Positions 51,825 through 52,282 of a DNA stretch of 52,282 nt are shown here, in pieces. Position 1 is the stretch's first letter, and each line of letters starts with the position of its first letter. This DNA is from Candidatus Coproplasma sp. (GTDB lineage Bacteria; Bacillota; Clostridia; Christensenellales; Borkfalkiaceae): NCBI GenBank assembly GCA_051884095.1, contig JBJEUZ010000016.1, positions 1-52,282 of the forward strand, read 5' to 3'. Position numbers and translations under genes: made by a program. The notes under the pieces were generated by a model. That model saw only the letters and a list, made by a program, of their open reading frames with translations. It made no database searches and was not told the origin of the DNA.

Positions 51825-52282
51825 TTAAACTCCGAAAAGTTCTTTCAGCTCGTCCTCGTCCAGCTTACTGCCAATAACGCACAGCCTGCCCGTATACGCC
51901 GCCGAGCCTTCGCGCACGTCGGTTTCGCCGGGAACGTAGTCGAAGTGCAGCCACTTTCCGTTTTCGCCCTCGACTATGCCCTTTGCACGCAGTACCGTGC
52001 CGTACTGAACGGCATTGTTTAAGGCGCTCAACGCCGCCTTTAAGCCGTCAGCGGTAAACTTTTTGCCCGTCTCCACGCCCCAGCTGGAGAATACCTCGTC
52101 GGCGTGATGATGGTGGTGTCCCTCGTGGTCGTGGTGACAGCAATGCTCGTGTTCGTCCTCGTCGTGGTCGTGATGACAGCAGTGTTCATGTTCGTCCTCG
52201 TCGTGGTCGTGGTGACAGCAATGCTCGTGTTCGTCCTCGTCGTGGTCGTGGTGACAGCAATGCTCGTGTTCGTCCTCGTCGT
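51825..52282 (-). CDS. CobW/YjiA-type G3E GTPase metallochaperone, C-terminal part. The gene runs off the window end.
   Basis: The reading frame stays open upstream of the ORF-track start (a GVETGKKF-type CobW_C domain). My translation of 52080-52282 gives a His/Cys/acidic linker, ...(DEDEHEHCCHHDH)n-EGHHHHHADEVFSSWG. Confidence 0.75.
   Translation of the reverse strand, partial: DEDEHEHCCHHDHDEDEHEHCCHHDHDEDEHEHCCHHDHDEDEHEHCCHHDHEGHHHHHADEVFSSWGVETGKKFTADGLKAALSALNNAVQYGTVLRAKGIVEGENGKWLHFDYVPGETDVREGSAAYTGRLCVIGSKLDEDELKELFGV
52125..52282 (-). repeat. 39-bp coding tandem repeat, at least 4 units, truncated by the window end
   Basis: Units start at 52125, 52164, 52203 and 52242. Units 1, 3 and 4 are identical. 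Unit 2 differs at 4 positions, and all four changes are synonymous on the minus strand. Confidence 0.9.

Noticed and set aside
52125-52282. Regular 39-bp repeats that could look like a CRISPR array
   Set aside because: The units are directly adjacent with no spacers. They lie in an open reading frame continuous with a CobW C-terminal domain, and they differ only at synonymous sites, so this is a coding tandem repeat.

Overview
This is a 52.3-kb, densely coded, mostly minus-strand chromosomal segment. Its gene content looks Firmicutes/Clostridia-like: an LplABC-type sugar ABC importer, YitT, YhaO/YhaN, IS200 and a family I pyrophosphatase. I saw no rRNA, tRNA or CRISPR array.

The left third (1-20.3 kb) is a pectin/hexuronate catabolism cluster. 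It holds a lipoprotein solute-binding protein with two CUT1 permeases, a cytoplasmic pectinesterase, translationally coupled uxaC-uxaA-uxaB, an MsmK-like ATPase, kduI, a TIM-barrel isomerase, kdgK, an eda gene fused to a VOC domain, and kduD. A plus-strand module splits this cluster: consensus promoter, candidate yybP-ykoY (Mn2+/Ca2+) riboswitch with an overlapping terminator, an SPFH protein and a P-type cation ATPase.

The middle (20-38 kb) is mixed. It contains a CE4 deacetylase, a MATE pump, YitT, a GNAT, a solo IS200 tnpA, an Fe-alcohol dehydrogenase and an asparaginase. It also contains a YhaO/YhaN-type SbcCD paralog pair preceded by a Listeria-Bacteroides-repeat protein, a methyltransferase, HD-GYP plus DUF4097, ppa and a rhodanese-TtcA fusion.

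The right third holds a second MATE pump, a zinc-ribbon membrane protein, a MarR-controlled heterodimeric ABC exporter and an OmpR-type two-component system. It also has a GT4 glycosyltransferase, a LUD protein, a divergent NSS transporter and a pair of G3E (CobW-like) metal-chaperone genes.

I could not support a clear-cut new defence or multi-gene system. The most interesting signals are non-coding or architectural:
- the riboswitch-like leader;
- a recurring ~65-nt intergenic element (12.4 kb and 51.8 kb), possibly related to a 94-bp tandem duplication at 37.8 kb;
- a 39-bp coding tandem repeat giving (DEDEHEHCCHHDH)n in a CobW-type protein;
- a degenerate G3E domain fused to a DUF1980-like CC-motif domain;
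- a secreted-type repeat protein whose signal peptide has no canonical start codon;
- two promoters placed to give leaderless mRNAs.

All family assignments come from motif recognition by eye, not from database searches.
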